In this document: positions 48,617-61,665 of the stretch, piece by piece
Numbering within the stretch: the first letter of the stretch is position 1
Layout of the letters: the number at the start of each line of letters is the position of its first letter
Source: Lingula anatina
Lineage: Eukaryota > Animalia > Brachiopoda
NCBI GenBank assembly: GCA_051362555.1
Contig: CM120642.1
Coordinates: forward strand, 16,740,001-16,804,000
Direction: 5' to 3'
Length of the DNA: 64,000 bases
Made by a program: the position numbers and the translations under genes
The notes under the pieces: model-generated
The model's database searches: none
The model's input: only the letters and a program-made list of their open reading frames with translations
What the model was told of the DNA's origin: nothing

Positions 48617-49192
48617 ATGGCCGATGCTGAACATGAGAACGGTTTTGATGTGGAGCTGAGGCCAAAAGTTGGAGTTGGTGTGTTTATAATAAGCCCAGAC
48701 CATCCAAATTGTGTATTAATCGGTTTGAGAAAAGGTTCAAGAACGGGAAAGTTGTACGGGTTGCCTGGTGGACATTTAGAATTCGGGTAAGGAAACAAGG
48801 GATCTAAGACTGTACATAGTCCGAGCCTTTGCTGTTTTGTGTTGCCCCCCCCCCCCCCCCCCCCCCACCTCCACCCCTGCCACTCACTGCTGGCACGGTT
48901 GAATATCTCCTTGATCACCTTGTTGTAAATTACAAATTACAAATACTTTATTTTACGCATCTTGTATTTATTTATTTATTATTATAATTTTTTTGGAGAG
49001 GTAATTTCCGCTCTTTTTTCAGTGACATAGATAGTTATACCAACGTCTTTTATGATCCACCAATTTGAAAATAAATTCGTTCAATTTAATAATATTTTTT
49101 TCACTTTATTTTTTATTTTTTTCATGTGTTTATTTATTGTCCTTAACTTGATCATCTTCTGTGCATTGGAGGTTATTTTCTGTTTTTATTTT

Positions 49193-49229
<37 letters not shown>

Positions 49230-50078
49230 ATAATTACTAAAATTCTGTTTTCTTCAGAGAAGAATGGAATGAATGTGCCGTGAGAGAAGTCCAAGAAGAA
49301 ACTGGACTGAGACTGACCAGAGTGGACTTTGCCACTGTGGTCAATGTGGTGTGGAGGGAACACAATCTCCATTACATTGACATAATGATGCTAGGAGTAG
49401 TTAACAGAGGATGTGAACCACAAAATTTGGAACCTGATAAATGTGAAGGTGAAAATGGGTTTTGCTGATATTTCTTTTAACTTGGACAAATTTATAATTA
49501 ACTTAACAACAATAATACTCTTGATTTTTTTCTTAATTTTTTGCATTGGACAGACATTCAATGGGTAGCAAGGCCAATGAACTATGTGCAAGTGTGATAT
49601 AGTAAGCCCTTAAAAATTGATTTTTTTACCTTTGCAGGAGGGGTTAATGTATTTTATGATTATATAGTGTCCATATATTGTTCTTTCTTATTGTTATTAT
49701 TGTAAGTCTTACATGGGGGGGGGGGGGGGGGTCAGAAGAACCACACTTTTAGTTGGATATGAAATTTAAACTGGGTTCTGTATGCTTGCTTTTTCTCAGG
49801 GGAATAATTTAAAGGTCCAATTTTAGAAAAAAAAAAGACCCCCCTCCAGCCAGTACCCCTTTCCCCCTTGAAATCATTGTCTAAAGGCTTGATATTATAT
49901 TGATGCTTCATGCAATCGTTTATATCATGTATGTTTAACCTATTTGTTTTGATTTTCAGGTTGGCAATGGTGTGACTGGGACAATTTCCCAGCCCCAGGA
50001 AAACTATTTCTTCCTCTGAAACTTGTCAGGGAGCAAGGATTTAATCCCTTCAGGACTAAAAGCACAGATGAATTGTAA
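48617..50078 (+). CDS. NUDT15: NUDT15 (MTH2)-like Nudix hydrolase, copy A, 3 exons
   Basis: Exons 48617-48786, 49258-49448, 49960-50078. MADAEH...[26 protein letters not shown]...[26 protein letters not shown] (Nudix box)...[22 protein letters not shown]...[16 protein letters not shown]. Confidence 0.92.
49190..49228. repeat. (CTTT)n microsatellite near a splice acceptor
   Basis: About 9 tetranucleotide units. Confidence 0.9.
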
Positions 50079-50683
50079 CAAGGAGTTGAAATTCTTCTCA
50101 GTTTGCATCTAGAATATAACAGTTTGGACATGGCGATTGTCACGATAATGTACATGTAAATAATTAATTATGTATGTATTTTGTTAATTGTTTTACATGT
50201 GATAAAATAAACTTATTTCTATAACTGGAGAGCTTGCAGCTTTTTTTATTCAATATTTAACAAGAGAGGCGTGACATACCGGTAACTACAAAATGAGGGA
50301 AATATAAATGTGCCACAACTGTCAAATTAAATACTCCTAAGACTTCTATACACCAAAAAAAAAAAAAGAGTATTGGAAAAATTTTATGTCCTAGTGGAAA
50401 TTTCAACAGCTTTTTAATCATCAATGTGTGTCATATAAAAGTAATAAAACTTTAAAGAAAATTAAGATTGTAAACCGTTGTCAATCACTAATTAAGTTTC
50501 AACCATTATGAGTGAAATTCACACACCAGACTCCATCAAAAATAATTAATGAAATTAAAGAAAAAAAAACAGTCCCAGTGCCCATTATTCACCGTTTAGT
50601 TTCATCAATGTTATAAAAACAGTGAAGAACAGTGACGGATTTAGAGGGGGGTCCTGACCCCTCCTCCTCGGATTCTGAGAAAA

Positions 50684-52848
50684 GTAGTTGGTGATGCAGT
50701 TCCATATGGCGTTGATTTTACTAACGTTCATAAAAAGTCCAATATAACCACTATTCGTTTCTATCAGATAAAACGCCGACCCATGTTCAGGAGAATTTGA
50801 AATCTCTGTGAGGGATAGTGAGTAAGGGTAAAGGAACTATTCTACGCCACAGCCGAAAGAAAGTCGATGATGGCACAGTGAGTAACGCCGTCGTCGGTAT
50901 TTAGCCCTTCAGGTAGCGGGTTCGATACCAGCGTTAAAATATCAGTAATTTTTTTTATACACGTATACTTGAGGTATTTTCATTTCTAGACAAAGAGTAC
51001 AGCTAAATACATCAGGTAATGCTGTCATTAGCGTGTCGTCGTCGGTGGCGCAATTGGTAGCGCACGTGGTTCCGAAGCATTCTTCGATGCCGACGGTGAC
51101 ACGAAGACGCCTGGTGTAGGTTAGAGCAGACAAAGGTGTAGGTTAGTCTAGGAATAGCCTAGAAGTGATTATGAGCTACTAGTAGTAGGAATAAAAGTTA
51201 GAAAATCAAATAGGCATTGAAAAATAAGTTAGAGAATCCAATAGGTATTTAAAACACAATAAATCAGCTACTGCTGTGAAAAAAATTAATTTTTAATTTT
51301 TTTCTGACATTTCCTATGTTGTGCTTGGATTTATTACATGTAGTGTCAACTAGCAGGATAGAGTACATACCGCAGTCGTTTTTTTTTTTTTTTCTTTTTT
51401 TTTCTACCAAGACCAGGAAGTTTGAAAGAAGAAAACATGTTGACTGAAAGTGTGACAACATTTAATTATGGGCCATAATAAATTTTTACACCTGCAGTTA
51501 GTGCGCATGTTTATTTTCAAAAAGCATTTTCATAAAAGAAAACATTAATAATAAAAACAGACACAGTCATTCAAATATTAACATGTGAAGTCATTTAGAA
51601 GGCATTTGATTGCTTAGAAGGCACTGATCGATCGTCAAAAACATCTCAGCAGATAATGTTTTAAGAAGTCACTCAGGTACAAGGTAGTTGGCGATGCAGT
51701 TCCACATTGTGTTGATTTTACGTACAAGAGGATAGTGAGTACAGGTAAAGGTACTGTTCTACGCCCTAACCGTAATAATACCGCTGATGGCACAGTGGAT
51801 TAAGGCGTCGTCCACATAAAGTCTTTTCGGTAACGGGTTCGTTACCAGCGTTGGAGCTTCACTTTTTCTTATACACGTGTACTTAAAATATTTTGATTTC
51901 TAGACAATGAGTACAGGTAAACACACCAGGTAATGCTGTCATCAGCGTGTCGTCGTCGGTGGCGCAATTGGTAGCGCACGTGGTTCCGAAGCATTCTTCG
52001 ATACCGACGGTGACACGAAGACGCCTGGAGTAGGCTAGGTGTAGGTTAGATCAGGCAAAGGTGTAGGTTAGTCTAGGAATAGCCTAGAAGTGAATATGAG
52101 CAAGTAGTAGGAATTAAAATTAGAAAATCAAATAGGCATTGATAAAATAAGTTAGAAAATCCAATGCGTATTTAAAACACAATAAAGAAGCTACTACTGC
52201 GAAAGAAATTAATTTTTAATTTTTTTCTGACATTTCCTATGTTGTGCTTGGATTTTATTATACATGTAGTGTCAACTTGCAGGATAGAGTACATGCTGCA
52301 GCCGTTTTTTTTTTTTTTTTTCTTTTTTTTTTCTACCAAGACCAGGAAGTTTGAAAGAAGAAAACATGTTGACTGAATGTGACAACATTTAATTATGGGC
52401 CATAAGGAATTTTTACACCTGCAGTTACTGACCTTTAATGCCTTGTCTCTAACAAAACACATGTTTATTTTCAAAAAAGCATTTTCATAAAAGAAAAGTC
52501 ATTTAGAAGGCATTTGATTGCTTAGAAGACACTGATCGATCGTCAAAAACATCTCAGCAGATACTGTTTTAAGAAGTCACTCAGGTACAAGGTAGTTGGC
52601 GATGCAGTTCCACATTGTGTTGATTTTACGTACAAGAGGATAGTGAGTACAGGTAAAGGTACTATTCTACTCCCTAACCGTAATAACGTCGCCTATGGCA
52701 CAGTGGATTAAGACGTCGACCGTATATAGTCCTCCAGGCAGCGTTCGTGCTCGACTTTTTCTTATACACGTGTCCTTTAAATATTTTGATTTCTAGACAA
52801 TGAGTACAGGTAAATACACCAGGCAATGCTGTCATCAGCATCAGCGTG
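50684..52848 (+). repeat. About 0.9-1.0 kb tandem repeat, 2 full units plus a partial third, carrying tRNA-like modules
   Basis: Unit start gtagttgg(t/c)gatgcagttcca at 50684, 51684 and 52592. Confidence 0.9.
51032..51103 (+). ncRNA. 72-nt tRNA-like structured element, copy 1 (copy 2 at 51946-52017)
   Basis: A-box/D-arm tggcgcaattggtagcgc, long closing stem cgtgtcgtcgtcggt / (g/a)ccgacggtgacacg, B-box-like ttcgat(g/a)cc. No normal anticodon arm; expression unknown. Confidence 0.35.
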
Positions 52849-53681
52849 ATCCCCCCCCCCCCCCCCCTTCGGTCATGGGTAAAATCACCTCAATATTCCT
52901 CTCTTGATATTAGAATTCTGAAGACCTGAATCAAAGTTCTAAACTGCACCAAATGACATAGTTTGCCCTCCAAAACACCGAAACCCACACCATAGGGGGC
53001 AAGTGTCGGCTTCGCATCCGAGACCTTAAAAAAAAAAGGGGAAAAAAAGCCCCCCCCCCCTTTCAAGTAATCCTGGATCCGCCCCTGAAATATGTACATA
53101 TTTTTGTGTGTGTATTTGTGATATATTGTCATATAAGTTGCTATAATTAATATATCAACTGTAGGCCTTTGTGACTTTTTGGTATGGTATCTACATACAT
53201 GTACCATCTTTAAACTTTCATTTTATTTTAAGAAATATAAATGAATTAAAACTTCTTAGAGATAGGAGGTATATTAGTGGCCTGTATCGAACTCACTATG
53301 ATTACTAGAATCAACTAGAAGTGCTCAATCTTATTGTTATTATTATTTTATTTTATTTATTTTTTTTTTACAAAGGCAGTGCATATGAAAATCATAATAT
53401 ACGATTTTAATAAAAAAAAAACTATCTAGATCTCAATTTTTATTCACATATTCAGATACCGCAGCATATTTTAATAATATTATTTCTTAAATATTTAAAT
53501 CCTCAAAGAACGGTGCAAGAAAAGTCATGTGGCAGCACTCAGAACTACTCGGATGGCTCGTAATCGACAATGGAGCGTAGCGGAGTCAGCCGAGGATTGC
53601 CGATTGATGTGGCAGTCCAAGTTCTGGATCGGGGATATACGTTACGTTCCGGGTTTTTCCGTGGAGCTATGGTAAACAAAT

Positions 53682-55301
<1,620 letters not shown>

Positions 55302-55769
55302 ATTGGAGACAAACTGTTTAAAGTGAGTAGATCAGGTATTAATTGTGTTAATAATCTTCAAATTGGAAAATGTGGTAGCTTTCATTTTTTTATTCATTTT
55401 TATTTTGTGGGTTCAAAAGGATGATAAATAGTGTAAAAGTTTGTAAGAGTCAGATACTGCATCTCCAAAAAGTGTAAGTAAAAACAAAGAATAGCAGCTT
55501 TTTATTTGAAAATTGCTTCTTAAAAAAACAAAAATTAAGTTGCTATATGTCACATTTCGTTGTACATTTAAAACTATTAAATTTGTAATTTGTTCCATCC
55601 TTGGTTTACCTCTATATCTGATAAATTAACTTTCAGCTTGATTCAGAATATTGCAGTGGAATTGGTAACTATGAAAGTAACACAAAAAAATAACAGAGAA
55701 ATTAAACATGTACCACGACAGGAATATTCAACTTATGGAATGAAAGCAAGTGCTGCATGCATATACAAC

Positions 55770-56535
55770 ATCAGTTTGATGAAGTATAAAACATGGTTGT
55801 CACAACTCTACTGAATGCACAGAGCACATCTCCTTACCTGAATTTTTCATCGAAGTTGGTTTGCCAATGTAAGATCTCATGTTAAAGCAGCCCAAAGGGT
55901 GAAAAATCAAAGCTTATCTCTCAGGGGTGCTATAGATGACCCTTTCAATTCTGTATGGAACCTCTGGGTACTTAGTAAGATAAAAAACTTTAAATATACA
56001 AAAAGTTTATTGGAATCTGCAGAGGTAGATTGGGGAATGGAGTAAAAAATATTTCATCAAAAAAAAAGGACCTACATGAATATTTACTGTGTGTCGAGAG
56101 ACAAATCAATCCTCAACTGTCATCTTATAGTGTATACAAGCAAACCATTGATATCCTAGAGTACAAGAGGTTAACATTCACACGTCTCCACACTTTATCG
56201 AATAACCTTGCTCTAGAGACTGGACAGTAGACAGACTGTGTGTGCAGGATATCAGTGCAAATAGAGGAGCATGTTCTGCTCGAATGCCCTCCGACTACAG
56301 AACTAAGAGAGCAGCATGAGCTCAACTTTGACAGTGTATATGCACTATTTGAAAGTCCTGTGGATATGTGAAGGTCCTGTGGAAGTTGTAGATTATGTGT
56401 TCAAGGTGTATCTGCAGCATGTACATGTATAATTTAGTTAGCAGCAGTATTTTGTTATAAGCTCTTTGTATGTTAGTGTGCTTTTTATTGTGCATTACTA
56501 TTTGTTGTTTATGTTGGCCATCAATATAAATAAAA
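55770..56535 (+). mobile_element. 5'-truncated, decayed LINE (CR1/L2-group-like) ORF2 3' end
   Basis: Broken frames give KRLTFTRLHTLSNNLALETG ... LCVC...VQIEEHVLLECP, the RLxxHxLxIETG plus CCHC-type C-terminus of these ORF2 proteins. A T-rich UTR and an A-rich tail follow near 56525-56535. Confidence 0.72.
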
Positions 56536-58499
56536 ATTAAGTACTAGTTAACATTCAGAAAATTTAACAATGTGTACCATTGCCACAATATCTCTTTACA
56601 ATTTACATTGTAGTACAAGGCAGCAAAGCTGTCAAATATACAGACAAAATCCAGAAAATAAAAACGCAGGAAAAAGGATACTGTCAATTTTGATGCACTA
56701 ATGTATTATGCTTATTGTAACTGCACAGCCAACATCAAATTCTAATTCTGCATAACAGTGGATTAGGATGAAGGTAAAATGTGTAACAAGCATTAGACCG
56801 ACTTCCCATACCTAGATCAATCTAACAGGATCAATCCAACTCCAAGGGGTTTCTCACTAAATTGCTTTCAGCTTAAGCGGCTTAGGATTCTGGCAAGCCA
56901 GTTTCAGTAGGCGTGACAGACAGCTAATTAAGCCACTTACATATATATATATATATAAATAAGTTAAAAAATACAGAAAATGTTACAAGTAACAGTACAG
57001 GGCTCCTGGTGGATGGGAGTGATAAGTCACATCTTGAAAATGCCAGTTTGAAAAATTAAAAATTAAAGAGAAAATTTCAAAAATATTCCACTAAACCTGC
57101 CATTCAGTCTAGCTGCATAACCATGATATGAATCATCCAACTTGAGTTTAAACAGTGTAAACAACTCACAGAAATATAATATATTTTGTTTTACCACAAA
57201 AAAGGCACTAATAGCTATTATTCTGATATCTGATCTTGTCATCAGACCATGTGACCTACATAGGTGGCTATACTTATTTTCTAAGAGATATAACAAAAAA
57301 AAAAAACAAAAAAAAAAAACACTTTTTAGAAAAAAAAATTATTTGCCAAAAATGAACAGTAATTATCCCTTTAACTGCAAAGTCAAGTTGCAAATATTGC
57401 ACAATAGGTAGTATCAATAAAAGTGAACTGTTACATGCCCTTGGGAGTTATAAGTCCCACACCGATATTGCCAGTATGTGAAAGATAAAAATTTCACAAA
57501 ATGTACAACAGAATAACATGGTCTATAAGATTACAGTTTCAGGACCATATGTGAGAGTTCAAATTCACACAATGGAAATCCCAATATGTGAAAAAAAGAT
57601 GACAGTGAATAAAATAATATAATTACACAATGCTTAAAGACATAAAAACCAACACAACTCCCAATGTGGAAAAACAGAAAATGCACAGTGCTTCTGGTGG
57701 ATGGGAGTTGAAATTGATATCTTGAAGATGCTAGTGTTTGAAAAATAATTAAAAGAAAATGTAAAATAAAACATTACAAAAAATTCCAATAAAGCTGCTT
57801 TTAAATCTAGCTGTGTAATTACTAACATGACTAACATTTACCTGCATAATAATCATTGATTTCTTATTATGTGACACAGTTAAGAGAGATAAACCCAGGG
57901 GACTTTACAATGAAATCTCAACGTGTGTTTTATATAATCTCATTTAATGGCCACCTGAAAATTAATTAAGCAAATTACTTTATGATCCCGAATTAATACA
58001 CTGCCCGCTATCCATATACATTTATTGCACCATATAGCACTCAAAAGAACCGCATTTCTTCCAAAATCACAAAGATTTTCCAACACAAGCTGCACTTCAG
58101 TCTTATGAAACTTTTCAGTAAGTTTGAGTATCATAAGTAACATGGTTTTCCCTCAATCGCTATCCTGGCAGCAGTGTCCAAAATAGGGTTTCCTTCAACT
58201 TTCATGCACTATAACATATTACTTAACAGCATAATGGCCATCAATTTCTTAATAAAAAAAATAAAAATATCATGGATATTCAGAAAATGTGATATGGGAA
58301 GGTCTTCACGGCCATGGAAGTTCAGAGCCATACTTTCAAAATGCCACAATGTAAACAAGAGATAACTGTACTGAAATGGTTTTCTTTCCATTTTCAACAC
58401 CTTTTTATGTACAGACACAGATGTGTCTGTACATATAGCCATCACCTGCGTCTGTCGTCGCCATCGCTGTCGTCGCCGTTGTCGCCGTCGTCACCGTGC

Positions 58500-59160
58500 A
58501 ATATTACCAATAACATGATAAGTGGAAAACGGTTTTTCATTTCAGCTTGAAACTTACAGAATTGATAAATATTTATAATAGGCAGGTCAAGTTTGAAAAT
58601 CAGCATGATCGGGTCACTTGTAGGGAAGTTATGCTGTTTTTTCACTTTTTTCAGCATAAATGCAACACCGATAACACGATAAGTGAAAAACCGTTTTACT
58701 TTTTGGCTTGAAACTTACAGAACCAATGAATATTCTTAATACGCAGGTCAAGTTCGAAAATCAGCATGATTGGGCCATATTTGTGGAAGTTATGCTATTT
58801 TTTCATTTTTTTCAGCATAAATGCAACACCGATAACATGATAAGTGAAAAAACGTTTTACCTTATGGCTTGAAACTTACAGAACCAATGAATATTCTTAA
58901 TACGCAGGTCAAGTTCGAAAATCAGCATGATCGGGCCATATTTGTGGAAGTTATGCTATTTTTTCATTTTTTTCAGCATAAATGCAACACCGATAACACG
59001 ATAAGCGAAAAAATCGTTTAACTTTTTGGCTTATAAGTTACTGAAATGATGAATATTCATAATATGCAGGTCATGTTTGAAAATCAGCCTGATCAGGCCA
59101 TTTTTATGGAAGTTATGCTGTTTTTTCACTATTTCAGCATATGTGCAACACCAATAACAC
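58500..59160. repeat. 161-bp tandem array, about 4 units
   Basis: Marker (g/a)ataaca(c/t)gataag at about 58509, 58670, 58831 and 58992. Confidence 0.9.
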
Positions 59161-60176
59161 ATTTTAAGGAAAATCAATTGGCCAATTGTCTTGAAATTCA
59201 CAGCGGTGATCAGATTTACTAAAATACAGATGAGGTTCGAAAATAAGCTTGATGGTTCAGTTTGGGTGAAATTGTGCCTTTTTTTTGTATATAAGTCTTT
59301 TTTCCTTGGATTTAATTCTTAGGCATGTTAACAATCTCATTTGTGAACTAATTAGCAATGTAAAGGTGTTCTTTTGACATTTTCTGCATCTTAACAATAT
59401 TGTTAGTTGATTATATAAAAATGATGGTAAACCTGTTATTGTGCATAGTGTAATAAAGTGTCAAAAATGGAAATAAACTCATATCTTTACAGTTTGTCAG
59501 ATTCAATCATTCACCATGTTCAGAATCTCAGAATGGAACAAATTAGACATTTAAAATTGTTCTATTGATATTTTTCCTATGTCAACAACTTTCTTAGTTG
59601 ATCATTTAAAAACAACAGTAAATTGATTATTTTGATATATGTAAAAAAAGTGTTGAAAGTGGAAAGAAATTCATTTCAGTACAGTTATCTCTTGTGTACA
59701 TTTTGGCATTTTGAAGTTGTGACTCTGAACTTCCATGGCCCTGAAGACCTTTCCATATCAAATTTTCTGAATATCCATGATATTTTTATTTTATTATTTT
59801 AAAAAAATTGATGGCCACCGTGCTGTTAAGCATTATGTTAAATTGCATAAAAGATGAAAAAAAACCTTTTTTGGACATCGCTGCTGGGATGACCATTAAG
59901 GAAAAACCATTTTACTTATGATATTCTAACTTACTGAAAAGTTTCATAGGACTGAGTGTAGCTTGTATTGGAAATCAGTGTGATTGTTTTCTGTTTTGGA
60001 AGCAATGCAGCTCTATAGAGTGTTATATGGGGCTACTGTTTATGAATGGTGGTAATTGTCCCTTGGGATAATCACTAGCTAAATTCAGAGCTATAAAATT
60101 ACTTGCCTAATTGATTTTCAAGTGCCCATTAAATAAGATTACATAAAGCACACGTTAAGATTTCCCATTCAAGTCC

Positions 60177-61665
60177 TATAGGTTAAGCTCTCTTAACTGT
60201 GTCACATAATTAGGAATTGGTGATAATTATGCAGGTAAATGTTGTTTAATATTGCAAATAAGTTTACAAAAGAAAAAAAATTGTGTAATGCCAACATTAA
60301 TGCTATAGATGAATAACAGTGCCTTATTATCCTCAAACACATTGGGATTATTCATATCATGTTAATACAGCAAGATTAAAAGTTTGAATAGCAGCTTTAT
60401 TGGAATTTTTTTGTTGTTGTTGTGTTTTCTTTTTAATTTTTTTCTAAACACTGGCATTTTCAACTCCCATCCACCTGAAGCTCTTCAGATTTTCTGTATT
60501 TCCACATAAGCAGTTGCATAGGTTTTTATGTCTTTAAACAATATGTAATTTTATTTTATGCACTGTCAACATTTTTCAAATATTGGGATTTTCATTATGT
60601 GAATTTGAACTCTCATGGTCCAGAAACTGTAATCTTATTGCAGGGGTGGATTGAGGCCGTCTTCTGGGTCTTTCAGATGACGGTCAGATTTTAAAGTTTA
60701 CATTGACTGGTATCAATTTTTTTCTGCTGGAAGACCATCAAAAGTGGAGGATGGATCAACAAAGATACTTTGGAATACTGTCAGAAAATATCTCTGGATC
60801 CGCTCCTGTTATTGACCATGTTACCTGTTGTGCATGTTTAAAAATCAGTGTTAACTGACTGTGTTATTATAAGCATTATTTATTATTGCATCAAAATTGA
60901 CAGAATGACCCATTTTCTATAGGTTAAGCTCTCTTAACTGTGTCACATAATTAGGAATTGGTGATAATTATGCAGGTAAATGTTGTTTAATATTGCAAAT
61001 AAGTTTACAAAAGAAAAAAAATTGTGTAATGCCAACATTAATGCTATAGATGAATAACAGTGCCTTATTATCCTCAAACACATTGGGGTTATTCATATTA
61101 TGTTAATACAGCAAGATTAAAAGTTTGAATAGCAGCTTTATTGGAATTTTTTTTTTTGTGTGTGTGTGTGTTTTCTTTTTAATTTTTTTTTTCTAAACAC
61201 TGGCATTTTCAACTCCCACCCACCTGAAGCTCTTCAGATTTTCTGTATTTCCACATAAGCAGTTGCATAGGTTTTTATGTCTTTAAACATTATGTTATAT
61301 TATTTTATGTACTGTCAACATTTTTCAAATATTGGGATTTTCATTATGTGAATTTGAACTCTCATGGTCCAGAAACTGTAATCTTATTGCAGGGGTGGAT
61401 TGAGGCCGTCTTCTGGGTTTTTCAGATGACGGTCAGATTTTAAAGTTTACATTGACTTGCATCAATTTCTTTCTGTTGGAAGACCATCAAAAGGGGAGGA
61501 TGGATCAAGAAAGATACTTTGGAATACTGTCAAAAAATATCTCTGGATCTGCTCCTGTTATTGACCATGTTACCTGTTGTGCATGATTAAAAATCAGTGT
61601 TAACTGACTGTGTTATTATAAGCATTATTTATTATTGCATCAAAATTGACAGAATGACCCATTTT
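60177..61665. repeat. About 740-bp near-identical tandem duplication
   Basis: ctataggttaagctctc...cagaatgacccatttt at 60177-60916 and 60917-61665. Each unit includes a small caggggtggat...gatc(c/t)gctcctg MITE. Confidence 0.92.

Larger units (their letters stand above)
50632..53087 (-). mobile_element. Two halves of the G-tract MITE enclosing a tandemly amplified insert
   Basis: cagtgacggatttagagggggg at 50632 and atcctggatccgcccctg ending at 53087 correspond to the two ends of the 6651-6900 element in reverse orientation. Confidence 0.6.

Noticed and set aside
50860-52020. Functional tRNA genes
   Set aside because: A and B boxes are present, but there is no canonical acceptor/anticodon cloverleaf. 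Reported only as tRNA-like.
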